Assembly: GCF_009914755.1 (NCBI RefSeq)
Contig: NC_060938.1
Direction: 5' to 3' (one strand)
DNA from: the human T2T-CHM13v2.0 reference genome, Homo sapiens
DNA: 64,000 nt
The translations under genes and the position numbers were made by a program. The notes below the pieces were generated by a model, which was not told where the DNA came from, made no database searches, and was given only the letters and a program-made list of their open reading frames with translations. Of the stretch, positions 63,709 to 64,000 are shown one piece after another (the first letter of the stretch is position 1; each line of letters starts with the position of its first letter).

Positions 63709-64000
63709 GTTTTTGTTGATACATAATAACCATACATATTTATAGGGCACATGTGTTTTCTTGATCCATGCATACAATGTGTAATGATCAAATCAGGGTA
63801 ATTGGGATATCCATCACCTCAAACACATATTATCTTTTTTGTGTTGGAAACATTCCCTATCTTCCCTTCTAGCTATTTTGAAATATACTATAAATTCTTG
63901 TTAGCTGTATTTGCCCCACTGTGCTATTGAACACTAGAACTTACTCCATCTATCTAACTGTGTTTTTCTACACATTAATTGATCCCTCTTTCTTCCCCCA
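63709..64000 (-). mobile_element. L1MA 3' end (runs off the window)
   Basis: catgcatacaatgtgtaatgatcaaatcagggtaattgggatatccatcacctcaaac...tgtgctattgaacactagaac. Confidence 0.9.

Overview
This is mammalian, specifically primate (human or great-ape-like), non-coding DNA. It is AT-rich and CpG-depleted, and it carries AluJ, AluS and AluY copies, one with AluYe-type diagnostics. By eye, roughly half or more of the window is interspersed repeats: Alus (most with readable target-site duplications), many MIR and L2 relics, MaLR/ERVL solo LTRs (MSTB, THE1, MLT1A/D, LTR16), DNA-transposon relics (MER3, MER5A, MER20, MER44A, MER102, MER113), and an ~11 kb block of nested ancient L1/HAL1 at ~22-33.6 kb. 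I can support no protein-coding gene, tRNA, rRNA or CRISPR array. The listed ORFs are short, and the longest come from Alu/L1 or simple repeats. The window reads as a large intron or intergenic region, and I cannot name the locus. I found no convincing new biological system. The best leads are smaller: candidate + strand non-coding exons (one using an LTR poly(A) signal), recursive-splice-like AG|GT motifs, a MEF2/TATA site centred in a 35-bp hairpin, several repeat-free enhancer-like islands, a long GGAA microsatellite, and retrotransposition or repair scars (Alu inside Alu, a tail-less Alu with a templated insert, a patchwork insertion, a dispersed 105-bp duplication). Repeat family names come from recalled consensus sequences, not a database search, and the boundaries of old repeats are approximate.
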